From a virus (Duplodnaviria; Caudoviricetes): 59,449 nucleotides of DNA. Below are positions 8,086-17,904 of this stretch, in pieces. The stretch's first letter is position 1; each line of letters starts with the position of its first letter. The DNA lies in the IMG/VR virus record IMGVR_UViG_3300034050_001176, positions 1-59,449 of that record. One strand, given 5' to 3'. Made by a program: the position numbers and the translations under genes. The notes beneath the pieces were generated by a model that ran no database searches, was not told the DNA's origin, and worked only from the letters and a program-made list of their open reading frames with translations.

Positions 8086-10245
8086 ATGTTCCAAGAAGGT
8101 AACTATAACGTTTTAGAAATCTGCCCTCCTGCACAAGGGATGAACTGCAACATTGCCCCAGAAGTGTTGCCGCAAGACTTTGCCGTTGTGTTTGAGAACA
8201 TCCTACCAACACCGGTCGGCTCAAGTGTCGTGCGCTATGGCACTAAACGCTTAGGCGGTGTGACCCTTGATCCGGATGCCGTGATCATCGAAGCGTTCCC
8301 TTATGCTAAAGCCAATGGCGATAGCCAGATGGTCCTTTATGTACAAACCTTTGTCCTAGATGGTACAGCCGAGAATTTTGAGGTGCTGGCCCCTAATCAG
8401 TTTAGCTTTGATACAGATAATCTGGGTGCCTTTAATATCGATACGCCGATTAAAATTCCCTACACTAGCCTGGGGGTGACGACCCTCACGGCGACCATTG
8501 TCAGTAAAACCGTGGTTGGTCAAACCGTTACAATCACGGTGCAAGATAACTCCTTCCCCTTACCGCTCGAGGGGGTGACGATTAATTCCGTAGCGTATTC
8601 TCAAGGCAGTCTCTACGTTTATGACTTGCTATCCTCAACCCTTGGTGACCCCCTTAAAACCGGGTTAAGTGTCGGGTGTGTGCCCCGATCAGTGACCTTT
8701 TTAAACACCCTGTTACTCTGTAATGGGGTTGATCGAGTCTTGGCCTGGGATGGGGTAACTTTAAGCGAAGTTATTGATTTTGTTAAAGAAGATGCCTCCA
8801 TTGATTTTAATCGCATCGATGACACTCAGTTCTCTTATGCTCTTTCACCGCTAAAAGCTGACGTTTTTGATATCACTAAATATCAACACAATAATCAAAT
8901 CCAGCTTAACATTCATGGAGTGACGACCACCACGACGGTTGTCAATATTGAGCAAGTTAATGAGGTAGTGACCATCACGACCGCAGATCTCTTACCTGCT
9001 TTCGATCAACAACACCAACCTGAACTCTTTTACCGGGACTGGCCACCTGCCTTTAGCTTTATGCTGGTCGCCCACAATCGTCTTTGGGCGTTGGGTCCGG
9101 GTGCCGTGGGATTGAGTTACCGTGATCCTATCCAAGCCTTGCGGGTCTATTTTACCTATCAGCCCAATACGTTAACGAGGTGGTTTGATGAAAAGCTTAA
9201 AATCGTTCCCTTTATCGATTTAGCACAAACCCATGGTGCTCCAGATAATCTTGAGGCCATTGCCTATGTCAGTGGTTTGACCATCTTTATGGGCAGAGGT
9301 AAAACCCAAGTGTGGACGGGTTCTGAACCCTTAGGGGCTGCGGTTGATCCGACCCGCCCCAAGTTTGAGTTCTCCTCGATACTGCCGATTGGCATTGTGC
9401 ACGGTAATCTGGTGGTGGAAATGGCGAATGATGTCTATTTTGTTAGTCAAAATGGTCTATTATCCTTTAGCACTCTCAACGTGGCTAAGCAGTTTGCAGC
9501 ATCCCCAAGTGATGCGGTTGATCCCTTAGTTCGACAATATGTGACCTCGACGACCACTTCGAACCAAGCCTACCGGGCCTGTCGCTCCTTCAAGTACAAA
9601 TCAGGGGCCTTTTGTGGGTTTAAGATTGGTCTGAATAAGCTATTGGTCTCCATGTATTCGACGAATCTCTATGCTTGGTCATTATTTTCTGGGGATTTTG
9701 AGAAAGCGCAAAGTTTTTTAGCAACCTTGGACAATGCTTTATATCTTTTAATCGATAACCGCATTAGCCAATATGCCGATGGCACGAAAGATACCCCTGA
9801 GCATGGGGATAATGATGGCCGAGACTTGATCAATTTTATGTGGACACCTCCCCTTGTGCATTTATCTGGAAAACGTTGGGCTAACAAACGCTATGAACTG
9901 CAGGTGGCTTATCCTTCAAGCTTTGTGCTGGGAGATGAGAACAGCTTATCGATCCTGATTCATGGGGATATCCACAAGACCTTTTCCTTATCCGATCCCT
10001 ATCACCTACCGTTTAAGGGCGATATCTTACAAACCATTCCTTTGGTGCTTTCTGGGGATCCTGATCCCAATGAACCTGATCCAGAAATGTTTGGGTTTAG
10101 ATTAGATGAACCGTATGCGTACCCTAAAGATCGTTTAAAGTTTTTAAGCTCGACTTTTGGAGTGAGTGTGCTTGGCGCCACCAAAAATGGCAAGCTGAGC
10201 TTTAAAAAGATTAGGTTGTTCGGCATTGCTGAGCGTAACACATAG
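8086..10245 (+). CDS. Tail nozzle/stabilisation protein (P22 gp10/T7 gp12-like)
   Basis: 719-aa beta-rich protein with GMN...ENILP...VRYGT N-terminus and HNRLW blade motif. Confidence 0.75.
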   Translation: MFQEGNYNVLEICPPAQGMNCNIAPEVLPQDFAVVFENILPTPVGSSVVRYGTKRLGGVTLDPDAVIIEAFPYAKANGDSQMVLYVQTFVLDGTAENFEVLAPNQFSFDTDNLGAFNIDTPIKIPYTSLGVTTLTATIVSKTVVGQTVTITVQDNSFPLPLEGVTINSVAYSQGSLYVYDLLSSTLGDPLKTGLSVGCVPRSVTFLNTLLLCNGVDRVLAWDGVTLSEVIDFVKEDASIDFNRIDDTQFSYALSPLKADVFDITKYQHNNQIQLNIHGVTTTTTVVNIEQVNEVVTITTADLLPAFDQQHQPELFYRDWPPAFSFMLVAHNRLWALGPGAVGLSYRDPIQALRVYFTYQPNTLTRWFDEKLKIVPFIDLAQTHGAPDNLEAIAYVSGLTIFMGRGKTQVWTGSEPLGAAVDPTRPKFEFSSILPIGIVHGNLVVEMANDVYFVSQNGLLSFSTLNVAKQFAASPSDAVDPLVRQYVTSTTTSNQAYRACRSFKYKSGAFCGFKIGLNKLLVSMYSTNLYAWSLFSGDFEKAQSFLATLDNALYLLIDNRISQYADGTKDTPEHGDNDGRDLINFMWTPPLVHLSGKRWANKRYELQVAYPSSFVLGDENSLSILIHGDIHKTFSLSDPYHLPFKGDILQTIPLVLSGDPDPNEPDPEMFGFRLDEPYAYPKDRLKFLSSTFGVSVLGATKNGKLSFKKIRLFGIAERNT

Positions 10246-10256
10246 GAGAAAAACTT

Positions 10257-11492
10257 ATGCCCGTACCGATTAACAATAGCCGTCCATCCTTGCCGTATGC
10301 GCCAACCCAATCGCTTCCTAACAACACACGCTTTGGAATCTTAACGACCACACAAAGGCCGCCTACTGCTGAAATGCTCGATGCTGAATTCAATGCGCTA
10401 ACCGATGATGTCAATATGTTGGCAGCAGCGATTAATGATGTCCAGGCAGGAACAATTGCCGGCGCTAATGATCCCTTGAATGCTAACAAAGTTTTAAAGA
10501 CTGATGGGGCTAATAATCTTTCTTGGACACAAGTAACCAATGCGGAGATTGAGGTCAATGCGGTGGTTGAACAAAAGCTCGCCGCCCAAAGTGTCACTAC
10601 CCCTAAAATTGGTGATGCGGCAGTCACCACGCAAAAAATTGCTCAAAATGCGATAGCCACCCATCAGCTTATTGATGCGAATGTCACCACGGTTAAGCTT
10701 GCTGATGCGAATGTTACTACCGCTAAAATCGCTGATGCCGCCATCACCACCCCAAAACTTGCCAATCAAGCGGTAACCCAAAACCAACTCGCTAATGCTG
10801 CGGTGGGCACCAACCAACTCGTTGACGGTAATGTCACAACTGTAAAGATTGCAGATGTTGCGGTGACCACCGATAAACTCGCTGATGCTGGGGTAACGAA
10901 TCCTAAAATTGGGCTCTTAGCGGTAACCGCTCCGCAAATCAGTTCAGCGGGTAGTCAATTGGGAGATGTCTTAACCTCTAATGGTGCAGGGGCAGCGTCT
11001 TTCTTGGAAAATATCGGTAAGGTGCTACAGATTGTTTCCTATGAAGATGCACGTTTTGTGCGAAACGAATACGATGCGGCAGCTTCGCCAATTAACCTCC
11101 TCTCGTTTAAGACGGCACCGTTTTTGTTAAGAATTACCCCCAGAAAAACCAATTCGAAGATTATTTTGTTTTATTCGATTAATGTCGGTAGCGCCAACAA
11201 CCAGTATACCAGCGTCACATTATGTAAAAACGATCTTCCGTTTAAGGTGGGTCAGGATGATCCCTCCTATAAAGGCGTTACCCATAGTATTTATAGTGCT
11301 TGGGGAAAACAGCATTCAGATGGGCAGTACGGGTGTTTTAATTTTTGTAACTTCTTTGTGGACACAGGGGTTCAAGGCACAGAAATTGTTTATGAAGTTA
11401 AAAAGGCAATGCCTTACACATGCATCAATTCAGGGTATAGTGGAGGCTACGCCACCGTCAGCACCATGCATGCAATTGAGATCGATATTTGA
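10257..11492 (+). CDS. Short tail fibre/needle
   Basis: LDAEFNAL N-terminus, many 10-aa (I/L)ADA(A/N)VTTxK repeats, and a GKVLQIV C-terminal domain. Confidence 0.75.
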   Translation: MPVPINNSRPSLPYAPTQSLPNNTRFGILTTTQRPPTAEMLDAEFNALTDDVNMLAAAINDVQAGTIAGANDPLNANKVLKTDGANNLSWTQVTNAEIEVNAVVEQKLAAQSVTTPKIGDAAVTTQKIAQNAIATHQLIDANVTTVKLADANVTTAKIADAAITTPKLANQAVTQNQLANAAVGTNQLVDGNVTTVKIADVAVTTDKLADAGVTNPKIGLLAVTAPQISSAGSQLGDVLTSNGAGAASFLENIGKVLQIVSYEDARFVRNEYDAAASPINLLSFKTAPFLLRITPRKTNSKIILFYSINVGSANNQYTSVTLCKNDLPFKVGQDDPSYKGVTHSIYSAWGKQHSDGQYGCFNFCNFFVDTGVQGTEIVYEVKKAMPYTCINSGYSGGYATVSTMHAIEIDI

Positions 11493-11548
11493 TGGATGCT
11501 GGTACTGGGGTTAAAATGACGGAGATTGTCTAAATGGAGATTATCTAA

Positions 11549-11959
11549 ATGAAGCCTCTACAAATAGAACTCACCCCAATGAAACTTATCGAAATCAACC
11601 CGCTCGATGTGCAACGAGTGTTTCCGAGCTTTTATCACCAAGATTCGCAATTCTTTATGATCACCTACAAAGATCATGAGGTGGGGATTTATGGAATCAA
11701 ACCCATCGACCCAAATGTTTGTGAAATTTCTTTATGTATATTTGAAGACTATCGCTTTAAGCTTCCCTATAGAACTGGCTTAAAACTGTTATTAGACTTT
11801 CCATTTACTCATAAGTTTGATAAAATACTGATGTCCACCTGTGAAAAGTCGATTATTACTTTATTGCGCCAGTGTCACTCACTTGGGGTCGAGTTTGTCG
11901 GTTATGACAAAGACAACTATCAAAAAGTTTGGTTTAAACGAGAAAGGCAAAGCATATGA
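11549..11959 (+). CDS. GNAT-fold-like virion assembly protein
   Basis: VGIYGI..CEISLCIFEDYR and LGVEFVG patterns; sits before the ejection genes as in podoviruses. Confidence 0.5.
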   Translation: MKPLQIELTPMKLIEINPLDVQRVFPSFYHQDSQFFMITYKDHEVGIYGIKPIDPNVCEISLCIFEDYRFKLPYRTGLKLLLDFPFTHKFDKILMSTCEKSIITLLRQCHSLGVEFVGYDKDNYQKVWFKRERQSI

Positions 11960-12987
11960 GTTTTGGTGGTGATGATTCTCCCCCTCCAGCCCCCTATTAT
12001 CCACCAGTGCCGCCTAAGGAAGAGCTACTGGATGTGATTGATGAGGTAACTGGCACCCAAGCGATTACCGTGGTAGGAGCGGATGGTAAGAAAAAACGCG
12101 TGGTTAGCCGTTTACCGCGATCTGAAGCAGAGCAAAAGCTTTATGATGATGCCGGCGAGTTGATGAATAAGGCGATTGTGGAGATCAAACGCTTGAGTGA
12201 CTATGATCCTGGGGCAGTCGTGGATTTTGCTCCCTTTGTTGATGTCATGAACAATCTCAATGCTGAGCGGCAGGCAGATATAGCAGAACTCTCCAAGCTC
12301 CCCAACTTTAACCAATACGTAAACGACTTTAAGGCAATGGGTAACACCATTATTCAAGATGAATTTAAAAAAGCGGAAAATGAAAACAAGGCTTACCTGG
12401 CTAATCGGGGTTATGCCGACAGTAGTGCAGCGATTGCGATGCGTAACTCCCTGGTGAGTGAAAAAGCGAAAGCCCTGCAACAACAAGATGTCAACGGCAA
12501 TCTTTATGGGGAACAGCTCAAAGCCGCGGATCTTGGTAACCGCATGAATACTTATGGTTTTAGAGAACAAGGCCGTATGGGGCAGTTACAAAATGCCCAA
12601 GCCGAGCACAACCTAAAGTTAGGCCAGTACGACCAGTCCAATGCCATGCGCCAACAGGCTTTGCAAAACCAAAGTGGGTTATTCAATATAGGCTCAAGCA
12701 TTCGAGGCGAAGATGCCAACAAAGCGATGGCGACCCGGGCTCCAGAACTCGCCAATATCATCTTCCAGCAAAGCAATATGGACAGTCTAAACCGTCATAA
12801 TGCCCAGATTGGCCAGATCAACAGTCAGTATCAAAACCAACTCGCGAGTTATAACAGTCAGCGACCCTCCTTTGGGGATACGATGCTGCAACTCGGTGGC
12901 ATGGGTGTAGGTGCGTATTTTGGTGGCCCCATGGGAGCAATGATGGGCGGTCAAGCCGGTAAGACCGCTGGCAATCTTTTAAGGTAA
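11956..12987 (+). CDS. Internal virion/ejection protein 1
   Basis: MSFGG start, LANRG..DSS motif, Gln-rich body, C-terminal GxxxG hydrophobic GAYFGGPMGAMMGG. Confidence 0.65.
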   Translation: MSFGGDDSPPPAPYYPPVPPKEELLDVIDEVTGTQAITVVGADGKKKRVVSRLPRSEAEQKLYDDAGELMNKAIVEIKRLSDYDPGAVVDFAPFVDVMNNLNAERQADIAELSKLPNFNQYVNDFKAMGNTIIQDEFKKAENENKAYLANRGYADSSAAIAMRNSLVSEKAKALQQQDVNGNLYGEQLKAADLGNRMNTYGFREQGRMGQLQNAQAEHNLKLGQYDQSNAMRQQALQNQSGLFNIGSSIRGEDANKAMATRAPELANIIFQQSNMDSLNRHNAQIGQINSQYQNQLASYNSQRPSFGDTMLQLGGMGVGAYFGGPMGAMMGGQAGKTAGNLLR

Positions 12988-13018
12988 GGGTAAGTAAGGG
13001 TAAGGAACAATAAAATTT

Positions 13019-14422
13019 ATGACCAATGTGCCAATGGATTTATTAAAGCTTAGTGCAAAAAAGCAACCCAAACCAGGTGAGCTTAATGCCAATTTGCAAA
13101 CCCAAGGCTCCTTAGCGAAGATGCGCTATGAAACAGGAGCGGGGGTGCCCAATGCTCATGATGATCGTTCTGATGTCTTTAACAAGATGCGGCAACAATT
13201 AGGCAGTGGCTCTAAGCGAGGTTGGCGTGCAGGTATTGCTGGACTCTTGGATGGTCTGGCGGTTGGCAGCAAATCACAAGGAAACGATGAACGTCGTGAG
13301 ATGGCCAGAAAGATGATGGACACTTTCTCAAGTTTAGAGGGGATTGCGAATGAGGCCGGGAGACGTAATGCACTCTATGCCAAGAAAGCGGCCTTGCAAG
13401 AACAGCTTACTCCAGCATTAGAGGCGCTCACTAGAAATATGAGCGTCTTAGCTTACGATGATGTCGTCAAGGTTGGATCAAATATTGTCGAGAGGATTAA
13501 CCAGTCCAGTGGCACCAATTACAAGATCTCCATGATCGATCAGCAAAATGGTAAGGTGTTATTAACGGAAGCCGGAAAGCCTGATCAAAAGATTGATTTG
13601 TTTGAGATGTTTCCTAAGATCGCAGATGAGCAAAATGTTGAGTACCTGACCAAGAAAGCCATGCAAATTCAAGCAGAACAAGACAGGAGAGCACAAGCAC
13701 AACTGGGGATTAACCAGCAAAATGCCGATGCCATTCAAAACCGTACCCAGTTTAGTCAAGATCCTGATAAACAACATGATGTAACCTTGGGCAAGGAGCA
13801 GGCAAAAGCATTAGCGAAAAAGCAATCCACCCTATCTGAGCAAAATCTAGCCTTAGAAGATGTTAGCTACAAAATCCAGGATTTAAAAGATATCCTCAAC
13901 AACAGTGAGATGATTACTGGCGATACCTTGTCAGCAGGGTTTGAAAGGATAATAGGTAAGCAATTGGGCAACAAAGCCTATTCAGATACGGAACTCTATG
14001 ACTCAATCAGTAAAGGATTACTGTCGTTTGTTAAGGGCAATCTGGCGTTTGGCAATATGAATCAGAAGGAGTTTGAGTTTTTAACCGCGCAAACTCCCGA
14101 CAGCCATAAAACCAAAGCGGCCTTAGAACGTATGCTCAACCGTTTTGAAACAACGCTGGATCGACAAATTAAGCGTAATGACCGGGAAATCAATGCGGTA
14201 CCAAGTTATGGGAGACGCAATCAGCTTGCGAATGAAGCACAGCAGAAGGAACAGCAGGAGCAAATGCCGGCACAGACGCAGTTACCCCCAGAACAAACGC
14301 AGATGTCACCACAACCCCAGACTGAGATGGTACGCATGACGGCACCAGATGGCACGGTGGTTTTAATTCCAGCCGCCAATGTTGATTTAGCGATGAGTCA
14401 GGGAGCACGTCTTGTTGAGTAA
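13019..14422 (+). CDS. Internal virion/ejection protein 2
   Basis: Helical protein with a GNMNQKEFEFL motif typical of DNA-transfer proteins; position in the module. Confidence 0.6.
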   Translation: MTNVPMDLLKLSAKKQPKPGELNANLQTQGSLAKMRYETGAGVPNAHDDRSDVFNKMRQQLGSGSKRGWRAGIAGLLDGLAVGSKSQGNDERREMARKMMDTFSSLEGIANEAGRRNALYAKKAALQEQLTPALEALTRNMSVLAYDDVVKVGSNIVERINQSSGTNYKISMIDQQNGKVLLTEAGKPDQKIDLFEMFPKIADEQNVEYLTKKAMQIQAEQDRRAQAQLGINQQNADAIQNRTQFSQDPDKQHDVTLGKEQAKALAKKQSTLSEQNLALEDVSYKIQDLKDILNNSEMITGDTLSAGFERIIGKQLGNKAYSDTELYDSISKGLLSFVKGNLAFGNMNQKEFEFLTAQTPDSHKTKAALERMLNRFETTLDRQIKRNDREINAVPSYGRRNQLANEAQQKEQQEQMPAQTQLPPEQTQMSPQPQTEMVRMTAPDGTVVLIPAANVDLAMSQGARLVE

Positions 14423-16355
14423 CCCATCATCATCCAAGACAACATCCAGGACCACAACACCTCCTCAACAGTTTAATCTTGCAGCGCTCGGTGGTGTGGT
14501 TGAGCAACCTGCATCCACACCGCAAAAATTTAATCTCGAAGCTTTAGGTGGAGTTGTTGAAGGTACACAACAAGGTTTACAAGGAGGTGGACAAGCAGGT
14601 GCACAACCACAGAACCAAGAATCTCTGGCAACGCGCGGGGCAAGAGCTGTTGCACGTACCGCCAAATCCCTTGGATCAGGGGTCGTTGGTGGGTTAGCTG
14701 ATACAGTGACGATGCCTTACAACTTGGCCGCCACCATGTTCAATGCGCTAAAAGAAAGTAAGCTAGCCAAAGATCTCGACCCATCCTCTCGTGCCATGTT
14801 GGAAGCTGAAGGGTTTTACTTGAGCGAGCCTGGCAGTCCAGATATCCCAACAGCACCTTCTGCCGTCGATGCGGTAGATCGTGGTGTGGACAGTATCACT
14901 GGTGACTATACTAAAACTCCTGAAGATGAAAAAAGCTTGCATGAAGGGTTAAAGGCAGTTGGGTCATTAGCGAGCGCCGGTAGTGCTGCCAAGGGTGCTG
15001 TAAAGTTTGGGGCCAATCGGATTGGTAAAACTTTGGAAAAGTTAGGTAGTACAAAAGCCCGGGATCTAGCCGCAGGTGGCATTGCCAGTGGCGTAACTAG
15101 TGAAGCTCTAGAAAAAGGTCAAGGAATGCCAGCAGCCTTTGGTGAAGGGATTGGAGCAGGTATGCTTGCAAATGTGCTGCTTAATAAGAAAACCTTAAAT
15201 ATTCCAGCTAAAGCCGCCATGAAAACTCTAGGTTTAGACCCTAAAAATCTTAAAACCGACACCCTTGAAGCAGCTAAACGCATTGGTGTTGATTTACCGG
15301 CTTCAGGTGCTACTGATGCCAAGATGATGGGATTAGCCAATCAAATGGTAGCGGCAACGCCAGTGATGGGAGATGTGGTCAGAGACAAGGTTAAAACCGC
15401 ATCCAAACAGTTTCAAACTGCGTTTAAAGAACTCGCTGATTCAGTTGGCCCCATCAAGAATGAGGCTGTAGATCAGGAGATCAATCGTCTTTATGGAAAG
15501 GTTAGAGATACCCTTCCTAAGGATGCTGCAATAATCCCCACCCATACAGTTACAGCTATCAACGCTGTTAAAGCCAAGGTCAACACGGCAATCCTCTCCC
15601 CATCAGAGAAAGAATTGCTTGCAACTCTTGATACGCTTGGCAATAACCTGATGTTTGATAGCAAACTAGCAGTGCCAATGCCAGTTGAAATGCTAGTGGG
15701 TACCAAACGCAGTCTCAACAGTATTATTAAATGGGATAAAGACGAAGGGACGAAAAACCTGTTAAGAACAGTACAACAAGCCACGCTTAAAGATATTGAT
15801 GCTTACGGTAAGACCAATCCCACCTGGCAAAAGACTTTTGATGCAGCGGAACGTCAGTTTGAAAAAGTTGCCAAACGTGAAAAACTCGACAATCTTCTAG
15901 CTGGCAGAATTGAAGACCCGATTACCAAAGATGTTGCCTATGTTCCGCTAGTTAAGCTTTTAAATGACAAAAAATATGCCAAGCAACTTGAAACTACCCT
16001 CGGGAACCAAAACTTCAAGAAGCTCAAGGATTTTACCACCGTTGCAGAAAGTATGGCAGTTGCCAATAAAAACACACCCAATCCCTCTGGTTCAGCCATC
16101 GTTGGTTCAGTAGCAGCATTGGTTACTTCAATTGTCGTTGGAGATTTTACGACACCGCTTAAGGTCATTGGTGGTGGAGCTGTGCTCACCCAGTTGCTAA
16201 CCAACAAACGGTTTTTAAATCTCGCTACTAAGTTTGCCAAGCAACCAACAGAATCACTTGCCCAAAAACTCAATAGCTTAATCAAAGAAAGCACAGGTAT
16301 GACCTCTCAGGCGTTGATGACGGGGTTGAAAGAAAAATCACAAACATCAGACTAG
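14412..16355 (+). CDS. Internal virion/ejection protein 3
   Basis: Large Ala/Gly-rich helical protein with NPSGSA and a hydrophobic C-terminus; last gene of the operon. Confidence 0.6.
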   Translation: MLSNPSSSKTTSRTTTPPQQFNLAALGGVVEQPASTPQKFNLEALGGVVEGTQQGLQGGGQAGAQPQNQESLATRGARAVARTAKSLGSGVVGGLADTVTMPYNLAATMFNALKESKLAKDLDPSSRAMLEAEGFYLSEPGSPDIPTAPSAVDAVDRGVDSITGDYTKTPEDEKSLHEGLKAVGSLASAGSAAKGAVKFGANRIGKTLEKLGSTKARDLAAGGIASGVTSEALEKGQGMPAAFGEGIGAGMLANVLLNKKTLNIPAKAAMKTLGLDPKNLKTDTLEAAKRIGVDLPASGATDAKMMGLANQMVAATPVMGDVVRDKVKTASKQFQTAFKELADSVGPIKNEAVDQEINRLYGKVRDTLPKDAAIIPTHTVTAINAVKAKVNTAILSPSEKELLATLDTLGNNLMFDSKLAVPMPVEMLVGTKRSLNSIIKWDKDEGTKNLLRTVQQATLKDIDAYGKTNPTWQKTFDAAERQFEKVAKREKLDNLLAGRIEDPITKDVAYVPLVKLLNDKKYAKQLETTLGNQNFKKLKDFTTVAESMAVANKNTPNPSGSAIVGSVAALVTSIVVGDFTTPLKVIGGGAVLTQLLTNKRFLNLATKFAKQPTESLAQKLNSLIKESTGMTSQALMTGLKEKSQTSD

Positions 16356-17515
16356 CCACACTTGCTAAATGCTTGATCTACAATGTTAGTTAACTTCTTT
16401 AATTCTTCTAATTCTAAATGCGCATAACGCGTGGTTGTTGCAATATTTTTATGTCCTAAGAGTTTAGATACTCCATAAAGGCTCACTCCTTTCTTTAAAG
16501 CAAAGCTAGCAAAACTATGTCTAAGATCATGAATACGGACATCTGGAATGCCAGCTTTTTGACGAATCCTATCCCAGATTTTTTGGATGGTAACTAAATG
16601 CGTTCCCTTTTTATTTCCGCAAAACACATGGGGATTATCGGCTTGTTTTTTAAGACCTAAAATTACATTTTTAGCACTCTCATTTAAGGGGATACCTCGT
16701 TCTCCTACTTTGCTGTCTTTAAGATGTATGAAATTTTCTTTAAGGTTGACATCTTCCCACTTCAGGCTCAAAACCTCTCCTAAACGGCAACCCGTATATA
16801 TAAGTAAACGTAGGGCTGCGATAGTATAATTAGAAGCAGCATTTGCTCCAGCTTTTTCATCAAGAACTTGATTCAACCTTCCTAATTCTTCATCACTTAG
16901 GAAACGGTTCATTTTCTTGCCTGGGTGTTTAGGAACACCTCGACAAGGGTTACTATTTTGAGGTCTATACCCCCATAATTCGGCTTGGTTGAAAGCACAC
17001 CCTAGCAGTATGAGACATTTTGCGCTTGTACCATTGGACAGAGAATCTTTGAATGCTAATATATCCTTTCGTTCAATTTCAGCTATAGTTTTTTTCCCAA
17101 AGAAAGGAAGTATGTACAGTTTAATTCTTGAAGAATCTCGATTAATTGTAGAAGGTTTGTGGTGCTGCTTGATGTATTTTTCTGTAAACACCTGCCAGAA
17201 TTCTTCAAAAGTAACAGATTGCTGAATTTCAACTTGTTTTACTTTTTTATTTTCCTTTGGATCAATATCTTTGGCAATATCTGCGCACCATTTCTTTGCT
17301 TTGTCCCTAGCTAAGTCTACTGTGTAGTTTCCGTGCACACCGATTTTAAGATAAGAGTATATTTTTGTTGTTGGAGATGTATAAAAAAATACGTAGGTTT
17401 TGTAGCCAGATGCGTAAATACGGCATCCAAACCCCTTTATCTCATCATCCCAAATCACATAATCTTTTTCTCGTGGTAGACTGGTCTCTACAAGCTTTTT
17501 TGTTAGTTTTGTCAT
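16352..17515 (-). CDS. int: Tyrosine integrase with N-terminal arm-binding domain
   Basis: WDDEIKGFGCR arm domain; TGCRLGE, HDLRH, LLGH and TTRY catalytic motifs. Start taken at MTKLT. Confidence 0.95.
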   Translation of the reverse strand: MTKLTKKLVETSLPREKDYVIWDDEIKGFGCRIYASGYKTYVFFYTSPTTKIYSYLKIGVHGNYTVDLARDKAKKWCADIAKDIDPKENKKVKQVEIQQSVTFEEFWQVFTEKYIKQHHKPSTINRDSSRIKLYILPFFGKKTIAEIERKDILAFKDSLSNGTSAKCLILLGCAFNQAELWGYRPQNSNPCRGVPKHPGKKMNRFLSDEELGRLNQVLDEKAGANAASNYTIAALRLLIYTGCRLGEVLSLKWEDVNLKENFIHLKDSKVGERGIPLNESAKNVILGLKKQADNPHVFCGNKKGTHLVTIQKIWDRIRQKAGIPDVRIHDLRHSFASFALKKGVSLYGVSKLLGHKNIATTTRYAHLELEELKKLTNIVDQAFSKCG

Positions 17516-17532
17516 CCATTTCACTCAATTCA

Positions 17533-17557
17533 AACGTTAGATCAAAGTTAGAACAAA
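17533..17557 (+). repeat. Putative integrase arm-type sites (left)
   Basis: AAC-GTTAGATCAAA-GTTAGAACAAA, an 11-nt direct repeat. Confidence 0.5.
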
Positions 17558-17689
17558 ATGGGTTTTACTGTCAATTTTTATCCATAAATAGTGCATTATG
17601 AAGAATATAAGGTATATCCAAAAAAGGCTGAAAACCTTGATATACCTAAGGATTTTAGTATTTCTAGATATATCAAGTCTTGATAATTT

Positions 17690-17740
17690 ATCGGTTTTTG
17701 GTACCGGCATCCCTAGGTTCGAATCCTAGTACCCCAGCCA
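17690..17740 (+). tRNA. 3' half of tRNA-Gln(UUG); att core, not a full tRNA
   Basis: Anticodon arm TCGGT-TTTTGGT-ACCGG, T-arm CTAGG-TTCGAAT-CCTAG, acceptor strand TACCCCA-G-CCA. No TGGGGTA or D-arm upstream. Confidence 0.9.
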
Positions 17741-17854
17741 AGCTTTTATGCCTTTTATGGCTCTATATATAGATCTTATGGCCATTCACAAAAATCAACT
17801 ATGGTAAATAACTCCCAATGAATACCCTATAAAGGAAGATACATCTTGTTCTGA

Positions 17855-17879
17855 TGCTAACTTTTTGCTAACGTTAGCA
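17855..17879 (-). repeat. Putative integrase arm-type sites (right)
   Basis: The minus strand reads AAC-GTTAGCAAAAA-GTTAGCA, mirroring the left site; includes the palindrome TGCTAACGTTAGCA. Confidence 0.5.
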
Positions 17880-17904
17880 CATCAAAAAATCAAGATATTT
17901 TAAG

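Larger units (their letters stand above)
425..17740. mobile_element. Left prophage-like element (virion module plus integrase); left boundary not visible
   Basis: Contiguous terminase-portal-scaffold-capsid-tail-ejection genes, then a convergent integrase ending near the tRNA-Gln 3' fragment. Confidence 0.85.

Noticed and set aside
11000-11492. Diversity-generating retroelement acting on the fibre tip
   Set aside because: No reverse transcriptase or template repeat is present, and differences between the copies are not visibly adenine-specific.
17660-17740. Functional tRNA-Gln gene
   Set aside because: The 5' acceptor strand and D-arm are absent.
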